Shown here: positions 38,868 to 48,283 of the stretch, piece after piece
How positions within the stretch are numbered: position 1 is the stretch's first letter
How the letters are laid out: the number at the start of each line of letters is the position of its first letter
Assembly (NCBI GenBank): GCA_027459725.1
Contig: DAIDHK010000001.1
Span: forward strand, 131,411 to 195,410
Reading direction: 5' to 3'
Length of the DNA: 64,000 nt
Source of the DNA: Candidatus Levyibacteriota bacterium
GTDB taxonomy: Bacteria; Patescibacteriota; Microgenomatia; Levybacterales; UBA12049
Translations under genes and position numbers: made by a program
The notes under the pieces: generated by a model
What the model was told of the DNA's origin: nothing
Database searches by the model: none
Seen by the model: the letters and a program-made list of their open reading frames with translations, nothing else

Positions 38868-39986
38868 CTACTGAGAGGATACTGTGGTCTCTGAATTAAC
38901 TTCATCATCATCATTCTCTACACCTACGGCTACTGGCATACGCGCACCATCGGCATTTTTAGCTCTTATCTCATCTACAATCTTTTTTTGTAAATCTTTA
39001 TTTTCTTTAAGTTTATCCATAGTCGCAGCCTTACCCTGGCCCAACATTTCATTACCATAGCGATAAAATGCACCAGATTTGGTAATTATCCCCAACTCAA
39101 CACCTACATCAACAATTCCACCTTCACGGGAAATACCATCTCCGAAGACATCAAACTCGGCAATACGAAAAGGGGTAGAAACCTTATTTTTTACCACCTT
39201 CACACGGTGACGGGAACCTATAACCTTATCTCCATCTTTTATGGTCTCTATTTTTCTGATATCCATTCTTACTGAAGCATAGAATTTCAAAGCCAAACCG
39301 CCAGTTGTAGTTTCAGGGTTACCAAACATAACCCCAATTTTCTGACGCAGCTGATTAGTAAAAATAACAACTGTTTTTGATTTAGAGATAACACCCGTTA
39401 ATTTGCGTAAAGCCTGTGACATTAAACGTGCCTGCAATCCCACTACTGCATCTCCCATCTCACCTTCGATTTCCGCACGTGGTACCAGAGCAGCAACTGA
39501 ATCTATAACCAGAACATCTACGGCTCCTGATCGAACTAAACTTTCAACAATTTCCAAAGCCTGTTCCCCAGTATCCGGTTGAGAAATCAATAAATCATCC
39601 AGCTTAACACCTATTCTCTCTGCCCAGAGTGGATCCAGAGCATGTTCGGCATCAATAAAAGCGGCAATACCACCATGCTTTTGGGCCTGAGCAATCGTTG
39701 AAAGACAAACAGTAGTTTTCCCGGAAGCTTCTGGTCCGTAGATTTCAACTATTCTACCCCGAGGTAATCCCCCTACACCCAAGGCAATATCCAGTGGTAA
39801 GCAACCCGTAGATACGACAGAAATGTCTAATTTTTGTGCTGCTTCACCAAAACGCATGATTGCTCCACGACCATATTGTTTTTCAATTTGGTCCATTGCC
39901 ATACGAATGGATTGTAATTTGGCTGTAGCGTCAGCTGATGGCTGTACTGCAATAGATTTTGTAGAATTATTAGAGGATCGAGCCAT
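38868..39986 (-). CDS. recA: Recombinase RecA
   Basis: AIMRFGE..., Walker [11 protein letters not shown]1/L2 loops. The ORF track extends to 40073 via an upstream start. I place the start at the ATG encoding MARSSNN... (complement of 39984-39986). Confidence 0.9.
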   Translation of the reverse strand: MARSSNNSTKSIAVQPSADATAKLQSIRMAMDQIEKQYGRGAIMRFGEAAQKLDISVVSTGCLPLDIALGVGGLPRGRIVEIYGPEASGKTTVCLSTIAQAQKHGGIAAFIDAEHALDPLWAERIGVKLDDLLISQPDTGEQALEIVESLVRSGAVDVLVIDSVAALVPRAEIEGEMGDAVVGLQARLMSQALRKLTGVISKSKTVVIFTNQLRQKIGVMFGNPETTTGGLALKFYASVRMDIRKIETIKDGDKVIGSRHRVKVVKNKVSTPFRIAEFDVFGDGISREGGIVDVGVELGIITKSGAFYRYGNEMLGQGKAATMDKLKENKDLQKKIVDEIRAKNADGARMPVAVGVENDDDEVNSETTVSSQ

Positions 39987-40116
39987 AAAACTATGCTCAA
40001 TATATACTACATTATGATACAATGCAAGTACCAATTCCGGGAAAAATAACCAAATATTCTGAAAATTTTTCAATATTTCTTCTCGTATTAATTTGGTTTA
40101 TGATTAATGCAGATAT

Positions 40117-40187
40117 CGGGGAGTAGTTTAACGGTAGAATGCGCGCATGGGGTGCGTGTGGCCGGAGTTCAATTCTCCGCTCCCCGA
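40117..40187 (+). tRNA. tRNA-Pro (anticodon GGG)
   Basis: Folded by eye. Acceptor CGGGGAG/CTCCCCG. D-arm GTTT-AACGGTA-GAAT. Anticodon stem CGCGC/GCGTG (one G-U) with loop ATGGGGT (U33, GGG, G37). Variable loop TGGC. T-arm CGGAG-TTCAATT-CTCCG. Discriminator A. No encoded CCA. Confidence 0.75.
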
Positions 40188-40204
40188 CTGGTATAGAAAA
40201 GTTC

Positions 40205-41041
40205 TTAGACAGCTTTTACTTCTTCTGCATTAAGAAAGTTATCAACAATTGGAATCAATTCTTGCCTGTCAGAGAGAGGATTAAACCTACGTGAGGGATT
40301 ATCACTATACGCAAAGCCTAACAATCGGGCTGTAATAGTCTCAACAAACTCTTCCTCAATAGGTAATTCCTGACCTGGCTTTCTATAAAATTAAGAATAA
40401 TGTGAAACAGGATCATATCTTTCTGCAGCCTGAGCAAAACGAGTCATAAAATCCAACCCATCAACTACCTCTCCGCTGGGTAAGCGCAAAGTATATCCTT
40501 CTGTATATAAAGCTTGTGTAGCCAGTGTATGTGCGAATTCATGCACTAAACCCTCCGCATGGATAATTTTCCTAACACTCTCTGGAATAAAGGAAGGAAT
40601 TTCAAGTAGCCAAATATCACTTGAGGGACTGCCTGACTGCCGCCATCTGGTATTGTCTGTATATGAGGGAATAATAGCAGTTTTACTTAATGCTAACGCT
40701 GGATCAGATGTTGTACTTATGTTCTCAGGTGTGGCGTCATGTGCGAAATACCTCGAAGGTTTGCCTATAATCCCTCCTGTGTTGAGTCTCGATATCCTGT
40801 GAGCACGAGTTGGAAATAGGTGTAAAAGTCCACTTACTTCAGCGGACGTAACATGCAGGTGTTCAATTCCTTGTAGTGAGAATGGAGGAGCTTCCTATCT
40901 GGGTTGAGGCAAGAGTCCAGTAATCTTAGCCGTATTCCCACTATACCAGTCAATTGTGGGTCTCATGTCCAATCCGGAATTGTTTGATTGAGGCTCAGAA
41001 GGCTTGATTTGATCAGTTTGCTTAAATCTCTCACCTGCCAT
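40205..41041 (-). pseudogene. HExxH zinc-metallopeptidase-like gene interrupted by two in-frame stop codons (TAG at 40895-40897, TAA at 40391-40393), no frameshift
   Basis: Hand translation of the minus strand gives one 278-codon frame: ATG (41041)...LPQPR-TAG-EAPPFSLQGIEH...KIIHAEGLVHEFAHTLATQ...DPVSHYS-TAA-FYRKPGQELPIEEEF...AEEVKAV-TAA (40205). The three pieces are 48, 167 and 62 codons, all in the same frame. Composition appears GC-richer than the neighbours. Confidence 0.6.
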
Positions 41042-41110
41042 AAGAAGAATTATATAATTTCAAATTTATAATTGCAAAAACTTATGAGCTGCATTGGTAT
41101 TTGTTCACGT

Positions 41111-41848
41111 TTAAATCTTTATCTCACTGATTACAGGTAAATGATCAGAGGCTCTGGTTTCTCCCACATAAGTTTGCAAAACTTCAACATCCCGGCTGGT
41201 AAAGATATAATCAATGCGGTACTCAAGTCCATTTACTTTAAATCCTCTGTAATTGGCAGGATATACACTCCATGTTTTTTGTTTTAGATTTTTATCTGCT
41301 GATTCCAAAACTTGTGCTATCATCTGAACAGTGCTGCTTTCAGGCAAACTATTAAAATCTCCTAATAAAATCACTTTATTTTCCCGAAATAGAGAAATTA
41401 ATTTTTTAACCTGCCTGTTACGAATTTGAGATTCCTCAAAACCCTGTGAATAACCTAAATGGGTATTAAAAATAGTAAACTTTACATTGCTTACTGTAAT
41501 TTCTGTCCTTATGACCACTCTAGGTTCTGTGTCAGCAGAACCCTGGTATTCAGTTAAGGAACTCAATTCTATTACTTCAGACGAGGAGATAGGAAATCTA
41601 CTTAATATTGCATTCCCCAGATCATATTCCGGATGATGTCGATCAGTGTGAAAAGCTTTGAAGTAGATAAAATTGTAGCCTAATTCATTTGCAATGCTTT
41701 CTGCTATATTAAATTGTTTACCCTCTCGTTTCTGTTCAATTACTTCTTGTAAACCAATTACATCAGGATTTTCTGTTTTTAAATATTGAATAATTCCTGG
41801 TAAATATTTCCCATGCCAGATATTCCATGTCATAACTTTTATTTTCAT
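41111..41848 (-). CDS. Endonuclease/exonuclease/phosphatase (EEP) family protein
   Basis: MKIKVMTWNIWHG...GLQEV... N-terminal EEP motifs and a C-terminal SDHLPV catalytic His region. 245 aa. Confidence 0.7.
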   Translation of the reverse strand: MKIKVMTWNIWHGKYLPGIIQYLKTENPDVIGLQEVIEQKREGKQFNIAESIANELGYNFIYFKAFHTDRHHPEYDLGNAILSRFPISSSEVIELSSLTEYQGSADTEPRVVIRTEITVSNVKFTIFNTHLGYSQGFEESQIRNRQVKKLISLFRENKVILLGDFNSLPESSTVQMIAQVLESADKNLKQKTWSVYPANYRGFKVNGLEYRIDYIFTSRDVEVLQTYVGETRASDHLPVISEIKI

Positions 41849-41962
41849 ATGTGCATTCTATAGAACTCCTTCTATATAAGCAATGTGCTGCAAGTACTGG
41901 TATTGGTTTGACACTATTGGTAATTACCAAAAGATAATTACTTTATATCACAATCATATTCT

Positions 41963-42325
41963 TTGAGCTATAATACTACTGTGACTATTGAGGAAATCCA
42001 ACAAAAAGTTATTAAATTTCGTGACGACCGGAATTGGAAACAATTCCATAATCCTAAGGATCTTGCACTGTCTCTCACTCTAGAAGCAGCTGAGGTTATG
42101 GAGAAATTTCAGTGGAAAAATTCACAGGAGATGGGTGAATATATTCAGAATAATAGATCCAATATTGCAGAAGAGATCGCTGATGTATTTAAATACTTAT
42201 TAATAATTTGTCATGATTTAAATATTAATTTAGAGCAAGCTACACTTAAGAAAATGAAGAAGGATAACCAGCATTATCCCGTAAAAAAAACCAAAGGAAA
42301 ACACACCAAATATACAGAACTTTAA
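41963..42325 (+). CDS. MazG-like nucleotide pyrophosphohydrolase (small all-alpha NTP-PPase)
   Basis: ...KFRDDRNWKQFHNPKDLALSLTLEAAEVMEKFQWK...EEIADVFKYLL matches the MazG/HisE-type EExxE...E/D pattern. 120 aa. Starts on TTG or an internal GTG. Confidence 0.7.
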   Translation: MSYNTTVTIEEIQQKVIKFRDDRNWKQFHNPKDLALSLTLEAAEVMEKFQWKNSQEMGEYIQNNRSNIAEEIADVFKYLLIICHDLNINLEQATLKKMKKDNQHYPVKKTKGKHTKYTEL

Positions 42326-42458
42326 AATCTGTTAGGATATATCTTTACCTATATCACAATTATCCTGTCAACTGCCCTTATTCACATCCTTGCACAAAGT
42401 TATGGGAGACTTCTAGCCCTGCTTGATTTTCGCCTAGATTTTGAAACAAATAAATAAC

Positions 42459-43442
42459 TTATCTGCTCCATCGCGCATAAATTCCAGTTGATAATAGTCT
42501 TTTTCTGCTTTTTTCTTCCAGCGCTAATTCTCCAGATTCAACTGTCCCATCAAACTTTTGCATCATATCCTCAATTGTGTTCAGTAGCATGATGGAAGAA
42601 GCGGAAACTGCATAGGCATTAATTAGCACAAACAGTGGAGTACTTGATAAAACCTGCTGACAAGCGTCCACCAATTTAGGGAAACTTTCCGTAAACTCCC
42701 AGCGTTCACCTTTGGGTCCGTGACCAAAGACAGGAGGATCCATAATTATTCCGTCATATTTAATACCTCTTCGAATCTCACGCTGCACAAATTTTAAACA
42801 GTCATCCATTATCCAGCGGATTGGTTTGTCGGATAGATTGGACAGACTTTGATTTTCTCTCGCCCAACTAATCGTCGGATAAGATGCGTCCACATGGGTA
42901 ACATTTGCTCCATTAGCAGCACATACCAAACTTGCAATACCAGTATATCCAAATAAATTCAAAACTCTTATTATTTCTCCATGCTTGGTTTTTGATCTTT
43001 GCAATTTTATTTTTCCTTCCAGCCAATCCCAGTGCAGATGCTGCTCCGGGAAAACCCCTGTATGTTTAAAAGGCGACATTTTAACCCTGAGGGTCAACTG
43101 TTTATAGCGCATTTTCCAGCTTTCAGGCATAAAATGGCTACGCATCCAACTTCCTTTACCGTTCTGCTCCCTAAAAGATGCGTCAGCCTTAACCCAGTCT
43201 AAATTAGAGAGGCCAGGCTGCCAGAGGCACTGCGGATCAGGCCGTGACAGAATATAAGGCCCAAACCGCTCTAGACGCCTCAGATTGCCGCTATCCAGTA
43301 GTTCATAATCCATCCATCCCCGAGAGGATAAAATAGTCATGTTATTTAGTATAATCTTAGACACCCTCACAAGCAACTCGTTTAAGACTACACAGATTAG
43401 GCACATTTTGTGCTCACATTGTCGTACAATTAAAATGATCAC
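42459..43442 (-). CDS. Class I SAM-dependent methyltransferase, RlmI/YccW-like (rRNA m5C-type architecture)
   Basis: LNLFGYTGIASLVCAANGANVTHVDAS (motif I GxGxG-like) and IIMDPP (motif IV). The N-terminal region resembles the PUA-like region of RlmI. The real start is probably downstream of the listed one. Confidence 0.6.
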   Translation of the reverse strand: MIILIVRQCEHKMCLICVVLNELLVRVSKIILNNMTILSSRGWMDYELLDSGNLRRLERFGPYILSRPDPQCLWQPGLSNLDWVKADASFREQNGKGSWMRSHFMPESWKMRYKQLTLRVKMSPFKHTGVFPEQHLHWDWLEGKIKLQRSKTKHGEIIRVLNLFGYTGIASLVCAANGANVTHVDASYPTISWARENQSLSNLSDKPIRWIMDDCLKFVQREIRRGIKYDGIIMDPPVFGHGPKGERWEFTESFPKLVDACQQVLSSTPLFVLINAYAVSASSIMLLNTIEDMMQKFDGTVESGELALEEKSRKRLLSTGIYARWSR

Positions 43443-43525
43443 ATTTTTACTATATATTATGCCTGATTTGTGCCTATAGAGTATATTTTATACTCAATAT
43501 AGATCTTGTTCCCTGGTCAACCCTG

Positions 43526-44038
43526 ATGTATAATGGAGATTACGTTATGAAGAATGATATGAAAAGTAGACTTATTGATTTTTCCAAACTTAAATTCGAA
43601 GTACGCAAAGCAATGCGATATAACGACGTCGGAGATTACTTTGGTAATACTATTATTTCCTACGATATGGGCGATGAAATAGTTAATAATGCTATTATGC
43701 TTCACGAATTTATTGAATATACGCTGATTAAATCTGCCGGTATTCCAGTTGGACTGATTGATGCTTTCGATACTACCGACGATGCTGAAGAGAAATATCC
43801 AGGAGAATTCAAACTATATAGTAAATTTCACAGATTAGCTAACGCAATCGAGAGACAATTTATAGAGAATTTAGGTCTGAACTGGCAAAAGCACGAGAAG
43901 ACTATTGATACAGCTAAAGTAGAAGTGGCGATGAAAAAAATTGAAGAAGAATTGCATAAAGAGCATCCATCCGAAAAAAAGCTTGAAGCTTCAAAAGATG
44001 TAGTAGAGGATGTGTTTAAGGAAAAAGGAAATAAGTAA
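43526..44038 (+). CDS. Hypothetical protein
   Basis: 170 aa open frame. No motif recognised. Confidence 0.4.
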   Translation: MYNGDYVMKNDMKSRLIDFSKLKFEVRKAMRYNDVGDYFGNTIISYDMGDEIVNNAIMLHEFIEYTLIKSAGIPVGLIDAFDTTDDAEEKYPGEFKLYSKFHRLANAIERQFIENLGLNWQKHEKTIDTAKVEVAMKKIEEELHKEHPSEKKLEASKDVVEDVFKEKGNK

Positions 44039-44039
44039 G

Positions 44040-45455
44040 CTATTTAATTTCCCCTACTTTTACGTCAAAAGGCAGACTATAAAGATTTCTCTCCAAACCA
44101 TAGTTAAGTCTGTTTAAAATTGATGAGGAATAATCAAGTGACAAATAATCATCTTTTGAGCGATAGTAGGCTCCAATAAAGGCAAACCCATCAACATTAC
44201 GATACATCTTATTAACTGCTTCATTAATACTTTTGCCAGCGCCTGTAATTACAGCTAAATTCCAATCAGTTCCCACTGAGACAAATTTACCACGCCGATT
44301 ACGTTTGACATCCCATAACCACAGATCTTTTTCAATCTCCGGCTTAAAATCAACAGTAAGATCAGCAGATATTTGTTCAGTTTCGTCATTGCGGTTAAGA
44401 TTAAAAATCCGTACTGAAGAGCCTACAGTTCCAATACTTAAAGGATTTTGTTTTTTAACCATTCTCTCAAAATATTCATGAACAGAGGGCGCTTGTGAAA
44501 TTTGCGTAAAGTATTCATTATATCCAGGACGATTGGAACAAAATTCACCAAAATATATTCTGCCATCTTTTTTATTAATCAAAATTGAAGCATCCCAGAT
44601 AAACAATCCCTTCCTAGTTTTGGCAATCTCATCAACAATGGGAGGAAAACACAGTTTGTTAATTCTGTCTTCCATCAATGTGGGGAATACTAAATCTTCT
44701 GAGCATCCTGTCTGAATAGAAATATTTCCGCTGCCAAATGATTTATTTTCTATATCTATAGAAGTTCCAATAGGAACTCCATCATAATATAATTTTTCCG
44801 GTGTTAATTCGATAATGGATGGTATAAATAATTCAAGTATAAAACCACGTTTTTCGTATTGTTCGGGGAAATTAATTAACATTTCCAAAATCTGTCCTTT
44901 TGCCAAATCAGGATCATAAACATCAGGAACAAAAGTACGAGCACCATCATCTTTGCCTTTTAAAACCCATAAATCATTGGAAGTTTCTAGGAAAGCAACT
45001 GCTTCTTTAGTTTTTTCAAATTCTACAACGTCGGGAGTATACAACTTAGGATAATTCTGACGAACAAATTTTTTAGCACTGTCTCTATCAATTTCTAACA
45101 TAAAGTCTTCTTTTGTCGGAAAATTTCCTTCGAATCCTTTATCTCTTAAACGTTCAGCCCATCTATATAAATTATTCTCTTCAAAAAAAAGATACCATTC
45201 CTGAGGATTTTTTACTTCTAACAATTCCTGTACTACCTTCTCTGCAGATTTAATATCCAAAATACCTTTAAACAGCTCTAATCTTCTCTGCTTATTAAAT
45301 GAAGATTCTGTTGCCCTTGAAACTTCTTCCTCCATGACATAATCTTTTACATCTTCAATGATACCTACCAAAACATCATAACCTTCCTGTTGTAATTTAT
45401 AGGCGATCGGCAAACTTAGTCCACTAAAAGTAATAAAAGCATATTTCATATCCAA
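44040..45455 (-). CDS. PurD-like ATP-grasp ligase (phosphoribosylamine--glycine-ligase fold), orphan
   Basis: Pre-ATP-grasp N-domain, central LWVLKGKDDGARTFV (PurD A-domain-like), EFCSNRPGYNEY (ExN.R.GDPE-like), and C-terminal GKFVSVGTDWNLAVITGAGKSINEAVNKMYRNVDGFAFIGAYYRSKD (PurD C-domain pattern). 471 aa. No other pur genes in the window. Confidence 0.5.
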   Translation of the reverse strand: MDMKYAFITFSGLSLPIAYKLQQEGYDVLVGIIEDVKDYVMEEEVSRATESSFNKQRRLELFKGILDIKSAEKVVQELLEVKNPQEWYLFFEENNLYRWAERLRDKGFEGNFPTKEDFMLEIDRDSAKKFVRQNYPKLYTPDVVEFEKTKEAVAFLETSNDLWVLKGKDDGARTFVPDVYDPDLAKGQILEMLINFPEQYEKRGFILELFIPSIIELTPEKLYYDGVPIGTSIDIENKSFGSGNISIQTGCSEDLVFPTLMEDRINKLCFPPIVDEIAKTRKGLFIWDASILINKKDGRIYFGEFCSNRPGYNEYFTQISQAPSVHEYFERMVKKQNPLSIGTVGSSVRIFNLNRNDETEQISADLTVDFKPEIEKDLWLWDVKRNRRGKFVSVGTDWNLAVITGAGKSINEAVNKMYRNVDGFAFIGAYYRSKDDYLSLDYSSSILNRLNYGLERNLYSLPFDVKVGEIK

Positions 45456-45507
45456 TTAATTAAACTTCATAAAGTGAAAAAAATCAATAACTAAAATAAG
45501 CATTAAA

Positions 45508-46479
45508 TTATTTTTTGATGAGGTTGATTAATATTTTTTTTATATCGTTAATTGAGTCATTATCGTAAATAGATATTTTATAAATTTTTTTCTGCAAGTT
45601 CTTCAACTTTTCCTCTTTTATATTTAATTCTTCTTTAGTAATTAAATCGATTTTTGTTAGTAAAATAATTTCCTGTTTTTGATTAATCTCATTACCATAT
45701 TTCTCAAACTCATCATGAACGGCTAGGTAATTATTAACTAAATCATCTTCACTACAGTCAAGGCAATGCACTAGTACTCTTGTCTTCTCTATATGTTTTA
45801 GGAATTTAAATCCAAGTCCTCTTCCCTGACTTGCTCCTTCAATCAAGCCGGGAATATCAGCTAATATAATTCCATCCATTACCCCTAGGTTTGGTTCAAG
45901 GGTAGTAAAAGGATAATTGGCAATTTTTGGTTTTGCGTTAGTCAATACTGATAACAAACTGCTCTTACCTGCATTAGGTAAACCTATAAAACCAATATCC
46001 GCAATCAATCTTAATTCCAGTTTTAAATTTTTCACGCTTCCTTTAGTTCCCGGTTCTGCATAATGAGGGGCCTGGTTAGTTGAAGATTTAAACTCAGTGT
46101 TACCTCTACCTCCTATACCACCTTTAGCGATTAACAACTTATCTTCTATATTGTCTATTTCATAAGTCTTATTTTTATCTATATCTGTAACACTTGTTCC
46201 CAGAGGTACAAAAATTACTAAATCCTCTCCGGTACGCCCAAATAAGTTTTTATTTTTACCATCTACTCCATTCTGAGCTTTCCATTCTTTTTTAAATTGA
46301 AATTGTTGCAATGCAGTTAAGTCAGTTGACCCCTGCAGATAAACACTACCACCGTTACCACCGTTTCCGCCGTTAGGTCCTCCTTTAAAATTAACTGATG
46401 TGTGTAAAAAAGTGGAAGCACCATTTCCTCCATCCCCACCTTTAACCGTAATTAAGACATTATCTATTAACATAATCAT
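45508..46479 (-). CDS. obg: GTPase Obg/CgtA
   Basis: Gly-rich Obg fold (GGDGGNGASTF..GGPNGGNGGNGGSV) then G-domain GLPNAGKSSLL, ...DIPGLIEGA. 323 aa. Confidence 0.9.
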   Translation of the reverse strand: MIMLIDNVLITVKGGDGGNGASTFLHTSVNFKGGPNGGNGGNGGSVYLQGSTDLTALQQFQFKKEWKAQNGVDGKNKNLFGRTGEDLVIFVPLGTSVTDIDKNKTYEIDNIEDKLLIAKGGIGGRGNTEFKSSTNQAPHYAEPGTKGSVKNLKLELRLIADIGFIGLPNAGKSSLLSVLTNAKPKIANYPFTTLEPNLGVMDGIILADIPGLIEGASQGRGLGFKFLKHIEKTRVLVHCLDCSEDDLVNNYLAVHDEFEKYGNEINQKQEIILLTKIDLITKEELNIKEEKLKNLQKKIYKISIYDNDSINDIKKILINLIKK

Positions 46480-46834
46480 ATTGTATCATCAGTGATACTT
46501 AAAAAGAAGTTTTTTTCTTACGAAAGATTTACCATATCTTTTTTCTCGTCTAATCAAAAAATTAGAGAATTATTTTATTATATCCAATAATGATCTAACT
46601 AAAATTCCACAGATGGCAAATAGTAATACCACGGATCCAACTTCCAATAACGATAATGAAATGAGAGATACAAGGGAATTTAATAGGCATCACACAGAAC
46701 TTAGCCAATAATTTCCTTTCTAAAAATGACGGAAAGCCCAAAACTACTATATAACTGGATCGAAGAGACTCGATAATGAGACTGCTCAAGAAACAGATAG
46801 CAGTTAGCCTGAACATTCTGGTAAATTCAGAAAA

Positions 46835-47077
46835 TTGTCAGATAAAAGCAGCGCTATTCAAGATCTAGTGGATGAAGGGCACAATAAAAAATATATAGGA
46901 CAAACACCTCCAAGTATTCAGGTGGAACCCTCTGCTGCGGTCGAGATTCCCGATCCTGTCTCAATCAAAGATACGCTTGATAATGCACAGAGCATGGAGA
47001 TGCAAGAGAAAGAAGACTTAGAGTATGCTGAAGCGGTCGGTATTAAAAGATCTGTAGATGAGGCGGAGAATACCTAA
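46835..47077 (+). CDS. Hypothetical small acidic protein
   Basis: 80 aa open frame. Low confidence that it is expressed. Confidence 0.3.
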   Translation: MSDKSSAIQDLVDEGHNKKYIGQTPPSIQVEPSAAVEIPDPVSIKDTLDNAQSMEMQEKEDLEYAEAVGIKRSVDEAENT

Positions 47078-47115
47078 AAATACACTAAACTAATAACTTC
47101 TCTTGTTTCCACTTT

Positions 47116-47799
47116 TTGTATAATAAACAAATGATTTATGGAGTAGTATTAATTGGGGAGCTCCTTTTACTTTATCTATTTTCTCAATTATTATCAAAAT
47201 CTATCTCTTTATTGTTCCAGATATTCAGATTCCATCAAATATTAATTGTATTTATCATGGGTATTATTTTTTTGCCAGGGACTTTAATTCATGAATTAGC
47301 ACATTGGTTCATGGCAAAACTTCTTTTTGTACCAACCGGGAAAATCTCTCTTTTACCTAAGTTACAAGGAAATACCATTCGAATGGGAACGGCAGAGGTT
47401 GGTAAATCAGATATTGTCAGACAATTATTAATTGGTGTGGCCCCTTTTATCCTAGGGATAACAATACTGTTCTTGAGCTTTTATTTTTTACTACCCAAAC
47501 TTTCTTCTTTAAATTATGTGCTTCTAGATTTATTCATTTACCTGCTGTTTACAATCTCCAACTCTATGTTTTCAAGCAAGAGAGATTTGGAAGGCATAGC
47601 ATTCTTCTTATTTATATTAATTATATGTTTTAGTTTATTGATAATTTTTGACAAAGAAATAATTGTTCAATTACAAACATTACTGTCTTTATTACCCGCA
47701 CGATATTGGCAAACAGCCATTTACTATTTGTTGATACCTTTAACGCTTGACATCATCATACTAATCGTATTAAGATTGTTTATTCAGTTATTCAAATAA
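47116..47799 (+). CDS. Polytopic membrane protein with HExxH motif (putative intramembrane/zinc metalloprotease)
   Basis: PGTLIHELAHWFMAKLLF at the edge of a TM helix. 227 aa with about 6 TM segments. Confidence 0.45.
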   Translation: MYNKQMIYGVVLIGELLLLYLFSQLLSKSISLLFQIFRFHQILIVFIMGIIFLPGTLIHELAHWFMAKLLFVPTGKISLLPKLQGNTIRMGTAEVGKSDIVRQLLIGVAPFILGITILFLSFYFLLPKLSSLNYVLLDLFIYLLFTISNSMFSSKRDLEGIAFFLFILIICFSLLIIFDKEIIVQLQTLLSLLPARYWQTAIYYLLIPLTLDIIILIVLRLFIQLFK

Positions 47800-47806
47800 T
47801 ATACCT

Positions 47807-48283
47807 ATGAGAAAAGACATTATCAGCGCTATTATAGTTTTTGTAGTAATTGTTGCTGCAGGAACTGGACTTATGTATGTAAGTGCAAAAACTTCATCAA
47901 GCAATGCCACTCCTACACCTACTCAACAACAAAATAGTTCAAGTACCTCAACAGCTGATACAAAAAAGCTACAGATTACTGATGAAAAAGTTGGGACAGG
48001 TCCTGCTGCTAAAAAAGGTGACACAGTAACCGTCAATTATGTAGGTACTCTGATGAATGGTAAACAATTTGATAGCTCTTATTCCAGAAATCAACCTTTC
48101 ACTTTCACTATCGGCGCTGGTCAGGTTATCAAAGGATGGGATTTGGGAGTGGTAGGTATGAAAGTCGGTGGAAAAAGAAAATTAGTGATTCCACCGGATT
48201 TAGGATATGGGAGTACTGCTCAAGGAAGTATCCCTGCTAATTCCACTTTAATTTTTGAAATCGAGTTATTAAGTATCAAGTGA
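47807..48283 (+). CDS. FKBP-type peptidyl-prolyl cis-trans isomerase with signal anchor
   Basis: KGDTVTVNYVGTLMNGKQFDSSY...GWDLGVVGMKVGGKRKLVIPPDLGYG, the classic FKBP domain. 158 aa. Confidence 0.85.
   Translation: MRKDIISAIIVFVVIVAAGTGLMYVSAKTSSSNATPTPTQQQNSSSTSTADTKKLQITDEKVGTGPAAKKGDTVTVNYVGTLMNGKQFDSSYSRNQPFTFTIGAGQVIKGWDLGVVGMKVGGKRKLVIPPDLGYGSTAQGSIPANSTLIFEIELLSIK

Noticed and set aside
40115-40192. tRNA-like sequence read on the minus strand.
   Set aside because: The reverse complement gives a GAATTGAA loop in place of the T-loop and no sensible anticodon arm. The plus strand yields a canonical T-loop (TTCAATT), U33 and G37, so only the plus-strand tRNA-Pro was called.
40205-41041. 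Possibility that the in-frame TAG/TAA in the metallopeptidase frame reflects a genome-wide stop-codon reassignment.
   Set aside because: All other long genes in the window (mutS, uvrD-like, lysS, metG and others) end at TAA, TAG or TGA and contain no internal stops. Reassignment is therefore not genome-wide. Local pseudogenisation, error or gene-specific readthrough remain the options.
46595-46816. 73-aa minus-strand ORF in the obg-downstream spacer.
   Set aside because: Cys/Phe/Ile-rich nonsense-like sequence with no start context. The spacer contains only very short alternative frames. Kept as unannotated intergenic DNA.
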